A stretch of DNA of 64,000 nucleotides from an uncultured virus (IMG/VR IMGVR_UViG_3300006092_000199). Lineage: Duplodnaviria > Heunggongvirae > Uroviricota > Caudoviricetes. Both the position numbers and the translations under genes were made by a program. The DNA is taken from the IMG/VR virus record IMGVR_UViG_3300006092_000199; one strand, given 5' to 3'. The notes beneath the pieces are model-generated. The model had not been told where the DNA came from. It saw only the letters and a program-made list of their open reading frames with translations, and made no database searches. Below are positions 46,989 to 56,308 of this stretch, piece by piece (positions within the stretch are counted from its first letter, which is position 1; every line of letters begins with the position of its first letter).

Positions 46989-48743
46989 ATGCAATCAAGA
47001 GGACACAAGAAGATGATCGGCCCACAGACCCCGCTCGCCCAGGAGACACACGCCCAGAAGTATCGCGAGGAGGGCGAGGATTTCCGGGAGTACACCAATC
47101 GTGTCGCCAATGCCCTGACCGATGGGCCTGACGAATACCTGGCATTCCGCGACGACCTGGCCGATCAGGTCACCCTGCCGGGCGGGCGCATCCAGAAGGC
47201 CGCTGGCTCGATCCGTGGCGTGACGATGTACAATTGCTTCGTCTCCGGCACGATCCAAGACAGCTTCGTTGCAGGCGACGGCAGCATCATGCAGCGACTC
47301 ACCGAGGCCGTCACGACCATGCGCCTGGGAGGCGGCATCGGCTACGAGTTCTCAACGCTGCGTCCCAAGAACGCCACCATCAAGAAGCTGGGCTCCAAGA
47401 GCTCGGGGCCGCTGGCCTTCATGGACATGTTCGATGCAGGATGTGCCTGCGTCAAGTCGGCGGGCGACCGCCGTGGTGCCCAGATGGGCACGTTCGACAT
47501 CCACCACCCGGACATCATGGACTTCATCCATGCCAAGCAGGGGTCCGGTCGCTTCAAGAATTTCAACCTCTCCGTGCTGGTGACCGACGAGTTCATGGCC
47601 GCGCTGAAGTCCGGCCAGCCGTATGAGCTACGCTTCGGCGGGGAGAGCTATGGTGCCGCCGACCCGCGTGTCGTCTGGGACGCCATCATGCGGTCGACCT
47701 ACGACTGGGCCGAGCCGGGTGTGATCTTCATCGATGAGATCAATCGCCGCAACAATCTCAACTACTGCGAGACGATCCGCGCCACCAATCCCTGCGGCGA
47801 GCAGCCGCTGCCTCCCTTCGGGGCCTGCCTCCTGGGCAGCATCAACCTGACCAAGCTGGTCGACACCTGGGGCGGTCGCCGCGTCTTCAACTTCACCCGT
47901 CTGCGCCAGGTGGTCGAACGCTTCGTCCGGGCCATGGACAACGTGGTGGACCGCAGCATCTACCCGCTGGAGGCCCAGCGCCTCGAGGCCCTCCAGAAGC
48001 GCCGGATGGGCATTGGAGTGACCGGGCTGGCCAATGCCATCGAGGCCCTCCTGAACCGCCCTGCCTACGGCGACGACGAGTTCGTCGAGTGGCAGCACAA
48101 GATCATGCAGGAGATCGCCCTGGTCGCCTACGAGACCTCCATCAAGCTCGCCGTCGAGAAGGGACCGTTCCCGCTGCTGGACCGTGGCAAGTACCTGTCC
48201 GGCGACGGCTTCGCGGCGAAGCGCCTCCCTGAGCATCTCCAGGAGCTGATCTGGAAGCACGGCATCCGCAACTCCCACCTGCTCTCCATCGCCCCGACAG
48301 GGACGATCTCCCTCAGCGCTGACAACGTGAGCTCCGGCATCGAGCCCGTGTTCCTCCACAGCTACACCCGCGACATCCTGCTGGACGACGGAAAGCGGAC
48401 CGAGACGATCGAGGACTACGGCATCCGGACCTTCCAGGTTGGTGGGCGCACGACCGAGGAGGTCACCGTCGACCAGCACATCAAGGTCCTGGCCAAGGCC
48501 ACCGAGTGGGTGGACAGCGCCGTGTCCAAGACGGTCAACATCCCGTCGGACTACTCGTTCCAGGACTTCAAGCAAGTCTACATGAAGGCGTGGGAGGCGG
48601 GGGCCAAGGGCTGCACGACCTTCCGCTCAGGGGGCAAGCTCCAGGGCATCCTGCGCGCCGAGGAGAAGGAGACCGTGGCCGAGGAGAAGCCCGCCGAGGC
48701 CTGCTTCTTCGACCCGGTGACTGGCAAGAGGGAGTGCGCCTGA
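46989..48743 (+). CDS. nrdJ: class II (B12-dependent) ribonucleotide reductase
   Basis: NCFV, GGGIG, RRGAQM, TNPCGEQ and APTGTIS; no ATP cone and no beta-subunit gene; start may be 47013. Confidence 0.85.
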   Translation: MQSRGHKKMIGPQTPLAQETHAQKYREEGEDFREYTNRVANALTDGPDEYLAFRDDLADQVTLPGGRIQKAAGSIRGVTMYNCFVSGTIQDSFVAGDGSIMQRLTEAVTTMRLGGGIGYEFSTLRPKNATIKKLGSKSSGPLAFMDMFDAGCACVKSAGDRRGAQMGTFDIHHPDIMDFIHAKQGSGRFKNFNLSVLVTDEFMAALKSGQPYELRFGGESYGAADPRVVWDAIMRSTYDWAEPGVIFIDEINRRNNLNYCETIRATNPCGEQPLPPFGACLLGSINLTKLVDTWGGRRVFNFTRLRQVVERFVRAMDNVVDRSIYPLEAQRLEALQKRRMGIGVTGLANAIEALLNRPAYGDDEFVEWQHKIMQEIALVAYETSIKLAVEKGPFPLLDRGKYLSGDGFAAKRLPEHLQELIWKHGIRNSHLLSIAPTGTISLSADNVSSGIEPVFLHSYTRDILLDDGKRTETIEDYGIRTFQVGGRTTEEVTVDQHIKVLAKATEWVDSAVSKTVNIPSDYSFQDFKQVYMKAWEAGAKGCTTFRSGGKLQGILRAEEKETVAEEKPAEACFFDPVTGKRECA

Positions 48744-48949
48744 TGGGCAGCCGAGACATGACTGACTACAACGTCCACGTCGTCCGCCTGAGTGACAAGG
48801 CGGTGCTGGTGAAGCACGATGCCGACGACGACGATGACGACGCCTTCTGGCTGCCGCTCTCACAGATCGAAGGCGGCGACAACGTGACCCCTGGGGAGGG
48901 TGCCATCCTCGGGGTGCCGGACTGGCTGGCCCGAGAGAAGCACATGTGA
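48743..48949 (+). CDS. small conserved phage protein
   Basis: SDKAVLV...WLPLSQI...VPDWLAREK. Confidence 0.65.
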   Translation: MGSRDMTDYNVHVVRLSDKAVLVKHDADDDDDDAFWLPLSQIEGGDNVTPGEGAILGVPDWLAREKHM

Positions 48950-49107
48950 TGTGCGAGGCCTGCGAGAACACCGATGATCTTCCCGAGTGCGAGGGCTGCG
49001 GTTGCTGTCAGGACTGCTGCAACTGTGCTGAGACTGACTGCGACTGCGACGCCTGCCTCGGGCGTCGTGACATCAGCCCACCGCCGCCAATTATGGACAG
49101 CGCCTGA
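48949..49107 (+). CDS. 52-aa Cys-rich metallothionein-like peptide (not in ORF track)
   Basis: TGATG overlap; MCEACENTDDLPECEGCGCCQDCCNCAETDCDCDACLGRRDISPPPPIMDSA. Confidence 0.6.
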   Translation: MCEACENTDDLPECEGCGCCQDCCNCAETDCDCDACLGRRDISPPPPIMDSA

Positions 49108-49183
49108 CCCCTGGGTGGTGCACCATGCCCAGGCACGCCCCACGGGGCTCAACAGAGGAAAGACGTCATGAAGGACGACCGCA

Positions 49184-49498
49184 ATGTCTGAGGGCAACAA
49201 GAAGAGCCACTCAGGCCTCCACAATCTCAAGCGCAAGAAGAACCGCCTTGCCGATGGCATCGCCGCCTGCCGCAACATGATCAATGATCAGGCAGTCCAG
49301 GCCCGCCTCCGGCAGCAGTACCGTGCCATGCATCTGGCCGACTGCTACATGCGCGGGCGCTCCTACTCCTTGGTGGAGGCCAAGCGCCACACCCAGCCGA
49401 TCTGGGACCTGGTCGCTCACTACGTTCACCAGCACGGTGGGCCGATTGTCGTCATGCCTCCTCTCGACGAGTGGGCGATGACCAACACGAATGCGTGA
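49184..49498 (+). CDS. hypothetical protein
   Basis: AAGGA RBS; HLA..YMRGRSY..VE motif. Confidence 0.6.
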   Translation: MSEGNKKSHSGLHNLKRKKNRLADGIAACRNMINDQAVQARLRQQYRAMHLADCYMRGRSYSLVEAKRHTQPIWDLVAHYVHQHGGPIVVMPPLDEWAMTNTNA

Positions 49499-50084
49499 GC
49501 CACTGCTCATAGGGCAGGCACCGGGTCCCAACACGGACCCGGCGCTGCCGCTCTATCCTCTGCCCAAGACCAGCGCGGGCGGTCGGCTGGCAGAGATCAT
49601 GGGGCTGAGACCTCATGAATATTTCACGACCTTCGAGCGGATCAACCTGCTCCACAAGTTCCCAGGGAAGCACAAGCGCGACGACAAGTTCCCGATGAGG
49701 GACGCCAAGATCGCCGCGCGGGCAATCGAGCCGCTGCTGGCCGATCGCACTGTCGTCCTGGTCGGACGCAACGTGGCAAGTGCCTTCGGCCTGGACCTTC
49801 CGTTCCACTGCTGGAGCGAGGAGACCGCCCCCTGGGCAAGGATCGCAGTCGTGCCTCACACATCAGGCCGCAACTTCTGGTACAACGATCCCAGGAACCG
49901 GATCGAGGCCGAGCTGTTCTGGCTTGATCTGCTCAAGCAGCACGTTCCTGACAAAAACCAGTTGCCCAACATATTCTCAAGGCGCATAAAGCAGGACAGC
50001 CTGCTTAGGGCTCAACAGGAGTTACTTTCTCATGACAACGGTGACATTCCAGGGCATCCAGTTCACGGAGGCCATGCTGGCTGA
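49491..50084 (+). CDS. uracil-DNA glycosylase-superfamily-like protein
   Basis: LLIGQAPG (motif A-like), INLL, VVLVGRNVASAF and VPHTSGRNFWYN (HPS-like motif B). Confidence 0.6.
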   Translation: MREPLLIGQAPGPNTDPALPLYPLPKTSAGGRLAEIMGLRPHEYFTTFERINLLHKFPGKHKRDDKFPMRDAKIAARAIEPLLADRTVVLVGRNVASAFGLDLPFHCWSEETAPWARIAVVPHTSGRNFWYNDPRNRIEAELFWLDLLKQHVPDKNQLPNIFSRRIKQDSLLRAQQELLSHDNGDIPGHPVHGGHAG

Positions 50085-50586
50085 GGAGAGCCTCGGCGAG
50101 CTTCTCAAGACCTACAACAAGATCGCCAAGGAGAACGGCGAGACCACGGTCAACAAGTTCTCCGACAAGAAGTCGGCGGTGCGTCGCGTGTGGGCCATGC
50201 TTCAGAAGCACGGCAAGGCGACCAAGAAGACCGCCAAGGAGCCGAGCGAGCGCCGCGTGCGTGTCAAGCGGTTCAACTATGTCGCGGTCGGCCAGCCCAA
50301 GGCGTCCCGCGAGGACAGCGACGAGAACCCGGTCCTCCGGAACATGCTGCTCAAGGGCCTGCTGTCCAAGGACGGCCTCAGCTTCAACCAGGCCGTGGGC
50401 GTGGTGAACGAGTTCGATGCTCGCCGCCGCAAGCTCAAGAAGCCGATCCGCAACAACGGCAAGACCGTGGAGACGCGGGCCTACGAGGGCCTCCGCCTGA
50501 TCCACTACTATCTCAACTACAGCCTCAAGCAGGACGGCGAGGGCGACGACGCTCCGATCAAGATCGTCGGCAACCGGAAGTCCTGA
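50032..50586 (+). CDS. basic hypothetical protein
   Basis: AGGAG RBS; Lys/Arg-rich. Confidence 0.65.
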   Translation: MTTVTFQGIQFTEAMLAEESLGELLKTYNKIAKENGETTVNKFSDKKSAVRRVWAMLQKHGKATKKTAKEPSERRVRVKRFNYVAVGQPKASREDSDENPVLRNMLLKGLLSKDGLSFNQAVGVVNEFDARRRKLKKPIRNNGKTVETRAYEGLRLIHYYLNYSLKQDGEGDDAPIKIVGNRKS

Positions 50587-50587
50587 C

Positions 50588-51454
50588 ATGGGACGCAACT
50601 ATGAGCGCCTGAGCATCGAGGACTTTGGCGCTCATCTCCTCCACACCGGGGACCTCGACCCCATCTACATCGCGCTCGACAAGATGGAGCTGGACCCTGT
50701 CCGGCTGTCGCAGTGGCTCGTGTCCTACTGGTGCCTCTATCACGCCGGGACCGCCTGCTGGATGGCCGATCAACCTGTGGGCCAGTTCTGGGACAACCTG
50801 ATGACCGCCGCTGTGAACACGGCAGAGACCCCCATCGGTGGTCGCTGGCCGCGTGGTCACGAGCGCCGTCACTTCCGTGGCCAGCAGGCCATCGACGGCG
50901 TGAACAGCCTCCGCGCACGACATCCCTCTGGGCCTGCCGACATGGTCGCTGGCTTCCCTGCTCTTCTCTGTGGACGACCGAGTGTGCCGTTCAAGGAGAT
51001 CAGCGAGCGTGCCCAGGAGGAGCGTGGCTTCGGTCCTTGGATCTCCTTCAAGATCGGGGACATGGTGGATCGCCTGGGGATTGTCCCGGTGAGCTTCGAC
51101 CAGGCCGAGGTCTTCATGTTCAAGGACCCGACCGAGGCCGCGCTGAAGCTGTGGCGTCTCAAGGCTGGTCTCCACGAGGACGCCCAGCCGAAGGATAAGA
51201 TCGGCGCCATCACGCAGGTGGTCGACTACCTGCGCATGAGGTTCAAGGACGAGACCGCGCCGCCCACTCACGAGCGGGCCGTGGACCTGCAGGAGATCGA
51301 GACGATCCTCTGCAAGTGGAAGTCTCACATGAACGGCCACTATCCCCTGCTGAACGACACGCTCGAGATCCGAGCTGGTCTGGCAGCCTGGGGCCAAGTC
51401 TCACCCATGGCCGCGCAGATGCGCCGCCTCATGCCGGAGGGGAACATCGCATGA
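50588..51454 (+). CDS. amino acid:DNA transferase (aGPT-Pplase2/ADDT family)
   Basis: GDLDPIY, RGHERRHFRG, HhH-like GFGPWISFKIGDM and ETILCKWKSH; M6/PaMx11-type context. Confidence 0.8.
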   Translation: MGRNYERLSIEDFGAHLLHTGDLDPIYIALDKMELDPVRLSQWLVSYWCLYHAGTACWMADQPVGQFWDNLMTAAVNTAETPIGGRWPRGHERRHFRGQQAIDGVNSLRARHPSGPADMVAGFPALLCGRPSVPFKEISERAQEERGFGPWISFKIGDMVDRLGIVPVSFDQAEVFMFKDPTEAALKLWRLKAGLHEDAQPKDKIGAITQVVDYLRMRFKDETAPPTHERAVDLQEIETILCKWKSHMNGHYPLLNDTLEIRAGLAAWGQVSPMAAQMRRLMPEGNIA

Positions 51455-51612
51455 CCTACATCACGCATCTGCTCGCCGCCGCCCTGGGCCTGGTCTGCGG
51501 CGCTCTGCTCATGGGCCTGGCCACCATGGCAAGCATGGACCACGGCCAATTCATCAACCGTGCTGAGAAGGGTGACCGTCTCACCATAATCCCGGAGCAG
51601 CTGAGACAATGA
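51451..51612 (+). CDS. small membrane protein within the modification cassette
   Basis: ATGA overlaps at both ends; N-terminal TM. Confidence 0.5.
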   Translation: MTYITHLLAAALGLVCGALLMGLATMASMDHGQFINRAEKGDRLTIIPEQLRQ

Positions 51613-52415
51613 AGGTTGGCATCGTCGGAGCCGGACTGTTTGGCTCGATCATTGGCCGCCACCTGATGGCCCAGGGGCACAGCGTGGCGATCATGGACTC
51701 ACGCGAGGAGGGCAGCGGGTCGAAGCCCGCCGCCTGTCTGATGAAACCGGGGTGGCTCTCCAAGATCCCGCAGCTGAACAAGTGTCTCGAGCTGCTTGAC
51801 ACCTACTATGGTGTCCGGGATATCTCATTCAATGTGAACGGGCTGCTCAACCAGACCGTCCACTGGGTCGACCCTCGCCGCGTGCTGAGCCTTGGCCATG
51901 TCTACAACACGACTGTCATGTCGGTCGATCCTGTCCGGGGGATCGTCGACACGCCCAGGGAGAAGTTCGAGTTCGACCACGTGGTCGTCGCGGCGGGCAT
52001 CTGGACGAACAAGCTGTGCCCCTGGACCGTCAAGGTGGAGCCGCGCTGGGGCACTGCCTTCCTGTGGCCTGAGCACGCCCAGAGCCACGTCCCGCCGTTC
52101 ATAAGCCAGTGGGCACCCTACCGCCAGGTGGTGGCCTTCCAGCGCGGGGACGGCCTCTGGGCAGGCGACGGCAGCGCCCTCAAGAGCATGACTCCCGAGC
52201 GCGAGCTCGAGTCACTCCGACGCTGCCAGGAGAAGCTTGACATATGGCAGCAACCCACTTTCTTGAGGGGTGCAAGGCCCTATGGTACACCAACACCAGG
52301 AGCGCCGTGTGTGCTTGACCGCGAGGGCAAGGTCACGGTGGCGACTGGTGGGGCGAAGAATGGGACCGCCGCCGCCGCGTGGTGTGCCCTGAAGATTGGA
52401 GAGTACCTTGCTTGA
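51609..52415 (+). CDS. FAD-dependent oxidoreductase/lyase (DAO/glycine oxidase-like)
   Basis: VGIVGAGLFG dinucleotide fold, VVVAAGIW, GARP and TGGAKNG. Confidence 0.85.
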   Translation: MKVGIVGAGLFGSIIGRHLMAQGHSVAIMDSREEGSGSKPAACLMKPGWLSKIPQLNKCLELLDTYYGVRDISFNVNGLLNQTVHWVDPRRVLSLGHVYNTTVMSVDPVRGIVDTPREKFEFDHVVVAAGIWTNKLCPWTVKVEPRWGTAFLWPEHAQSHVPPFISQWAPYRQVVAFQRGDGLWAGDGSALKSMTPERELESLRRCQEKLDIWQQPTFLRGARPYGTPTPGAPCVLDREGKVTVATGGAKNGTAAAAWCALKIGEYLA

Positions 52416-52869
52416 CAGCCCGTACATCATGCGCGAGGCTCGTGTGGAGGAACACGACGAGATCGCGCGGCTGGCGAAGACCAGCCCGTACACACGAGAC
52501 TTCACCAACAGGGTGATGTTCAGCAGCGACGCGGCCTATGCCAAGGGCTGGATCCGCGTCCTGATCAAGGACAAGAAGATCATCGGCTTCTACTGCATCC
52601 GCAACAAGGTGCGCGGAGACCGAGCCACGAAGCTCTACTTCATCACCGTCCATCCAGACTGGCGCGGCAAGGGCGTGGGTGAGATGCTGATGCTCGCACT
52701 CATGGAGCAGGCACGGCGGCACGGCGGCGTGATCGAGCTCGACGTCGCCAAGGACAACCGGGCCAAGTCATTCTACGACCGCCACGGCTTCCGAGTGGAA
52801 CATGGCGAGGCCCTGGGTGGAGCAGCATGGAGGATGAGATGGGACGCGCCCGCCTCCGTGTCACTGTAG
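52408..52869 (+). CDS. GNAT acetyltransferase
   Basis: ITVHPDWRGKGVG motif A and N..AKSFYDRHGF; TTG start inferred. Confidence 0.88.
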   Translation: MLDSPYIMREARVEEHDEIARLAKTSPYTRDFTNRVMFSSDAAYAKGWIRVLIKDKKIIGFYCIRNKVRGDRATKLYFITVHPDWRGKGVGEMLMLALMEQARRHGGVIELDVAKDNRAKSFYDRHGFRVEHGEALGGAAWRMRWDAPASVSL

Positions 52870-53165
52870 ACCGCTACGACATTCTCCGCTACGAGGCCGT
52901 CGAGTCAGGCGTCTTCGCCAGCGGGGACGAGTTCGACCAATTCGCGGATGGCACCCTGGTCAGCCGGGAGGTCTCCTATCGAGTGCAGGGGCTGACGTAC
53001 AACCCAGGGCACCTTCTGCTCGACGAGCTGGAGAACCTCCTGGACCAACTAGCGGAGATCATGGATGATCATCAACGTAAGAGGGACCAGCGGGTCCGGA
53101 AAGTCAACACTGCTGAAGGCGGTGATGGACCTGTACAAGGGACAGAAGCTCCGCATCAAGCGTGA
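52827..53165 (+). CDS. hypothetical protein
   Basis: fills the gap between GNAT and kinase; overlaps both. Confidence 0.45.
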   Translation: MEDEMGRARLRVTVDRYDILRYEAVESGVFASGDEFDQFADGTLVSREVSYRVQGLTYNPGHLLLDELENLLDQLAEIMDDHQRKRDQRVRKVNTAEGGDGPVQGTEAPHQA

Positions 53166-53634
53166 GGGCCGCAAGCAGCCGACAGGCTACGTGCTGAACC
53201 GCGCCGAGGGCGGTCGCCAGCTCTTCGTCCCTGGGCACTACGAGGTCGCCTGCGGCGGCTGCGACACGCTCGGAGGCTACGAGGAGAGCTACAGCATGAT
53301 CCGCGAGGCCGACGCCCAGGGGATGGACGTCCTGTACGAGGGACTGCTGATCAGCGGCGAGGCCCAGAGGCCGATCGACCTGAAGGGTGAGGGCCGCGAC
53401 ATCCGGGTGGTCGTCCTGACCACGCCCATCGAGGAGTGCATCGCCTCGATCAACGCCCGCCGTCAGGAGAAGCGCGGGCCGGACGCGCCGCCCGTCAAGG
53501 AGAAGAACACCCGCGCCAAGGCACGAGCCGTCGAGCTCGCTGTGAAGCGCATGACCGAGGCAGGCATCCCGTGCATCCCGGCTGATCGCGCCGGGGCGCT
53601 GGACCTGGTGAAGGAGCTGCTCAATGTCGGCTGA
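53065..53634 (+). CDS. P-loop kinase, putative 5-hmU DNA kinase
   Basis: IINVRGTSGSGKST and GHY...CGGCDT; position in the cassette. Confidence 0.8.
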   Translation: MIINVRGTSGSGKSTLLKAVMDLYKGQKLRIKREGRKQPTGYVLNRAEGGRQLFVPGHYEVACGGCDTLGGYEESYSMIREADAQGMDVLYEGLLISGEAQRPIDLKGEGRDIRVVVLTTPIEECIASINARRQEKRGPDAPPVKEKNTRAKARAVELAVKRMTEAGIPCIPADRAGALDLVKELLNVG

Positions 53635-54493
53635 GACCTTTGTCTTGAACCACCCCGACTTCTTCTGGCTGGCCCGCGAGCGAGAGAAGGTGCGGCTGGC
53701 TCGTCTCACCAACCAGGCACCGCCCTGGACCCACGACAACATCCTCGCCGAGTACCGCTTCTGCAATGTGCACCGCCGCCTGGACAAGGTGAGCGAGTGG
53801 CTCTGCTCGCAGGTGTACGATCGGCTGGAGGGACAGCCCCACATCTTCCTCGCCGCCATCCTCGCCCGCTGGATCAACAAGCTGGAGACACTGCAGGCCA
53901 TCCAGCCTGCTCTCCTGGGCGATCCCAGCTTCGACATCCGAATGGCCCTGAAGGCCATCCACAAGGCGGGCGCTCCTGTCTTCGGCAGTGCCTACATCAT
54001 CCAGAGCCCGACAGGGAAGGACAAGATCGACGGAATCCTGTGGGCCTTCGAGCAGATCGTCCAGCGCTGGCACGAGGGCTACAAGATCGCCCTTGAGACC
54101 AAGTCCATGGAGAAGGTCCACGAGTGGCTCATGCAGTTCCCTCACATGGGGCCGTTCATGGCCTACCAGGTGGTGTGCGACCTGACCTATGGCTGGCTGC
54201 TCAGGGACGCGGTCGACAAGATGGACTGGACGGTCGCTGGCCCAGGGGCTGCCCGAGGGCTGGGCTGGCTTGTTCACGACGACCCCGCCGCGTTCAACTA
54301 CAACGGCGTCAAGGATCAAATCGTGATGCGGGCCTGGATGTACGACCTGCTAAAGTTGAGCCAGGAAGAACGTCGGTGGCCGCAAGCTGCCGGGCCGTGG
54401 GAGCTGGCAACCGTCCAGCACTGGTCCTGCGAGTATGACAAGTGGAGGCGCGGCCACGCGGGTGAGCGCCTGAAGAGGAGGTTCCAGCCGTGA
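53624..54493 (+). CDS. 5-hmU DNA kinase helical-domain/aGPT-Pplase1 family protein
   Basis: PPWTHDNILAEYRFCNVHRRLDKVS, GPFMAYQVVCDL, GPGAARGL and CEYDKW. Confidence 0.8.
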   Translation: MSAETFVLNHPDFFWLAREREKVRLARLTNQAPPWTHDNILAEYRFCNVHRRLDKVSEWLCSQVYDRLEGQPHIFLAAILARWINKLETLQAIQPALLGDPSFDIRMALKAIHKAGAPVFGSAYIIQSPTGKDKIDGILWAFEQIVQRWHEGYKIALETKSMEKVHEWLMQFPHMGPFMAYQVVCDLTYGWLLRDAVDKMDWTVAGPGAARGLGWLVHDDPAAFNYNGVKDQIVMRAWMYDLLKLSQEERRWPQAAGPWELATVQHWSCEYDKWRRGHAGERLKRRFQP

Positions 54494-55527
54494 TTGTCAT
54501 CAATGTGGAGAATGTCCACACAGCGCTGCCGGAGGTCCTGCATCAGCTGGACCTCAAGGGCGTCAAGCGCGAGAGCCGCAATGGTCCGGTGATCATGTTC
54601 CCCGATCCTGTGGCCATCGTCTACAAGCACCCCACTCAGCGGGTGATCCGCTGGGAGCAGCGGGATGCCAACCCGTTCTTCCATTTCTTTGAGAGCTTGT
54701 GGATGCTGAACGGGCAGCGCGACGTCGCCTTCGTTGAGCAGTTCGCCTCGAACATGGCGTCCTACTCGGACGATGGCCGGGTCTTCAACGCGGCCTATGG
54801 CCATCGCTGGCGGCAGTGGTTCCAGGTGGACCAGATCGCCACGATCATCGAGGCGCTGAAGGCCGACAAGGACAGCCGCCGCCAGTACCTCGACATCTGG
54901 GACGGCCACCACGACCTTGGGCTGCAGAGCAAGGATCTTCCCTGCAATGTCGGCGCGACCCTCCAGGTGAACGACCGGGGCGCTCTGGACATGGTCGTCC
55001 ACAACCGCTCCAACGACATCGTGTGGGGTGCTCTCGGCGCGAACGCGGTCCACTTCAGCATGCTGCAGGAGTTCATCGCCAGCGCCGTCGGTGTCCCGGT
55101 GGGTCGCTACTGGCAGGTGAGCAGCAATCTCCATGCGTACGAGAAGACGCTGGCTGGAGTGCACGATCTCGCCGACCTGGCGGCTGATGGCTACCGGACG
55201 CAATACTCCAATCCCTACAAGGCCGGGGTCGTCGAGCCGTATGAGATCATGTCGGTCGACTACAAGACCTGGCAGCAGGACCTGTCCATCTTCATGAAGG
55301 AGGGGCCGATCATCGGCTTCCGGGAGAAGTTCTTCCGTCAGGTGGCCACGCCGCTCTGGCAGGCGCACAAGGCGTTCAAGACGAACACTGGCCTCGCCAA
55401 GTACGAGGTCCCGATGGAGATCCTCGACCAGTGCCGAGCCGCCGACTGGCGGATGGCCTGCCAGGAGTGGATCCAGCGCCGCCGTGCCAAGTGGTCACGT
55501 GCCAAGGATGATGGGGTGCACGCATGA
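54490..55527 (+). CDS. thymidylate-synthase-fold dUMP hydroxymethylase (putative)
   Basis: AYGHRWR, SRR, DLPCN (catalytic Cys), RSNDIVWG...N (Asn indicates dUMP specificity) and NLHAY. Confidence 0.82.
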   Translation: MIVINVENVHTALPEVLHQLDLKGVKRESRNGPVIMFPDPVAIVYKHPTQRVIRWEQRDANPFFHFFESLWMLNGQRDVAFVEQFASNMASYSDDGRVFNAAYGHRWRQWFQVDQIATIIEALKADKDSRRQYLDIWDGHHDLGLQSKDLPCNVGATLQVNDRGALDMVVHNRSNDIVWGALGANAVHFSMLQEFIASAVGVPVGRYWQVSSNLHAYEKTLAGVHDLADLAADGYRTQYSNPYKAGVVEPYEIMSVDYKTWQQDLSIFMKEGPIIGFREKFFRQVATPLWQAHKAFKTNTGLAKYEVPMEILDQCRAADWRMACQEWIQRRRAKWSRAKDDGVHA

Positions 55528-55745
55528 GGCGGGCTGCTCGCATGTTCGGTCGCGCCTGCATCTGGGCGGCGGTCTTCAACCTGGGCGTGGTGTTCTACAT
55601 CGCCTTCGTGAACAGCAACTTTGAGACCCATGGCATCAGTATGCTCGCCAAGTCCCTGCTGGTCACTGGCATCGGTCTCATTGGTGTAGTGGCCAACGAC
55701 ATCGCCCAGGTCATCCTTCCACCAATCGAAGACGGAGATATCTGA
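55524..55745 (+). CDS. small membrane protein (2 TM)
   Basis: coupled ORF; hydrophobic. Confidence 0.55.
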   Translation: MRRAARMFGRACIWAAVFNLGVVFYIAFVNSNFETHGISMLAKSLLVTGIGLIGVVANDIAQVILPPIEDGDI

Positions 55746-56308
55746 TGTCCATGGAAGACACGTCCAAGGCCCTGTCCATCATCGGCGCTCGCTCAGGGGG
55801 CAAGGTGGAGCGGTGCCATGCCATCCCGCACATCGGTTCCTACAGCAACGCCGCCCACTCCTGGGGCGTCGCCATGCTGATGTTCCAGCTCTGGCCGGAG
55901 GACTTCCCGCGACTGGCCTATGCCTGCCTCGCCCACGACATCCCTGAGTCGTGGACCGGGGACATCCCCGCGCCCGTGATGCGCCATGTCCCTGGGCTGA
56001 AGGAGCGGATCGGCCAGGTCGAGGATCTGCTCATGGAGCGGCTCAACCTGCCGCACTTCAACCACCTGGCCCCCGAGGACCACGCGAAGCTCAAGGCATG
56101 CGACTGGCTCGAGTTCTACCTGTGGTGCCGCGAGCAGGGCGAGTTCGGCAACGCCTATGCCTACGAGGGCCAGAAGGAGATCGAGCTCTACATCGACAAG
56201 ATGGGATTGCCGGCTCCGGCCCAGGGTGTCTATGAGAAACTGCGCGACATGCACATCGTCGGTGCGCAGTCGGGCGTGATGCGGACCATCATGGAGAGGA
56301 TGCAATGA
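55745..56308 (+). CDS. HD-domain phosphohydrolase (YfbR-like)
   Basis: R.H...SNAAHSW, LAHDIPE..TGDIP and KACD. Confidence 0.85.
   Translation: MSMEDTSKALSIIGARSGGKVERCHAIPHIGSYSNAAHSWGVAMLMFQLWPEDFPRLAYACLAHDIPESWTGDIPAPVMRHVPGLKERIGQVEDLLMERLNLPHFNHLAPEDHAKLKACDWLEFYLWCREQGEFGNAYAYEGQKEIELYIDKMGLPAPAQGVYEKLRDMHIVGAQSGVMRTIMERMQ

Noticed and set aside
54490..55527. Canonical thyA or dCMP hydroxymethylase
   Set aside because: Asn at the specificity position argues against dCMP. The neighbouring hmU kinase and transferase genes and the divergent sequence favour dUMP hydroxymethylase over ordinary ThyA, though this is not proven.
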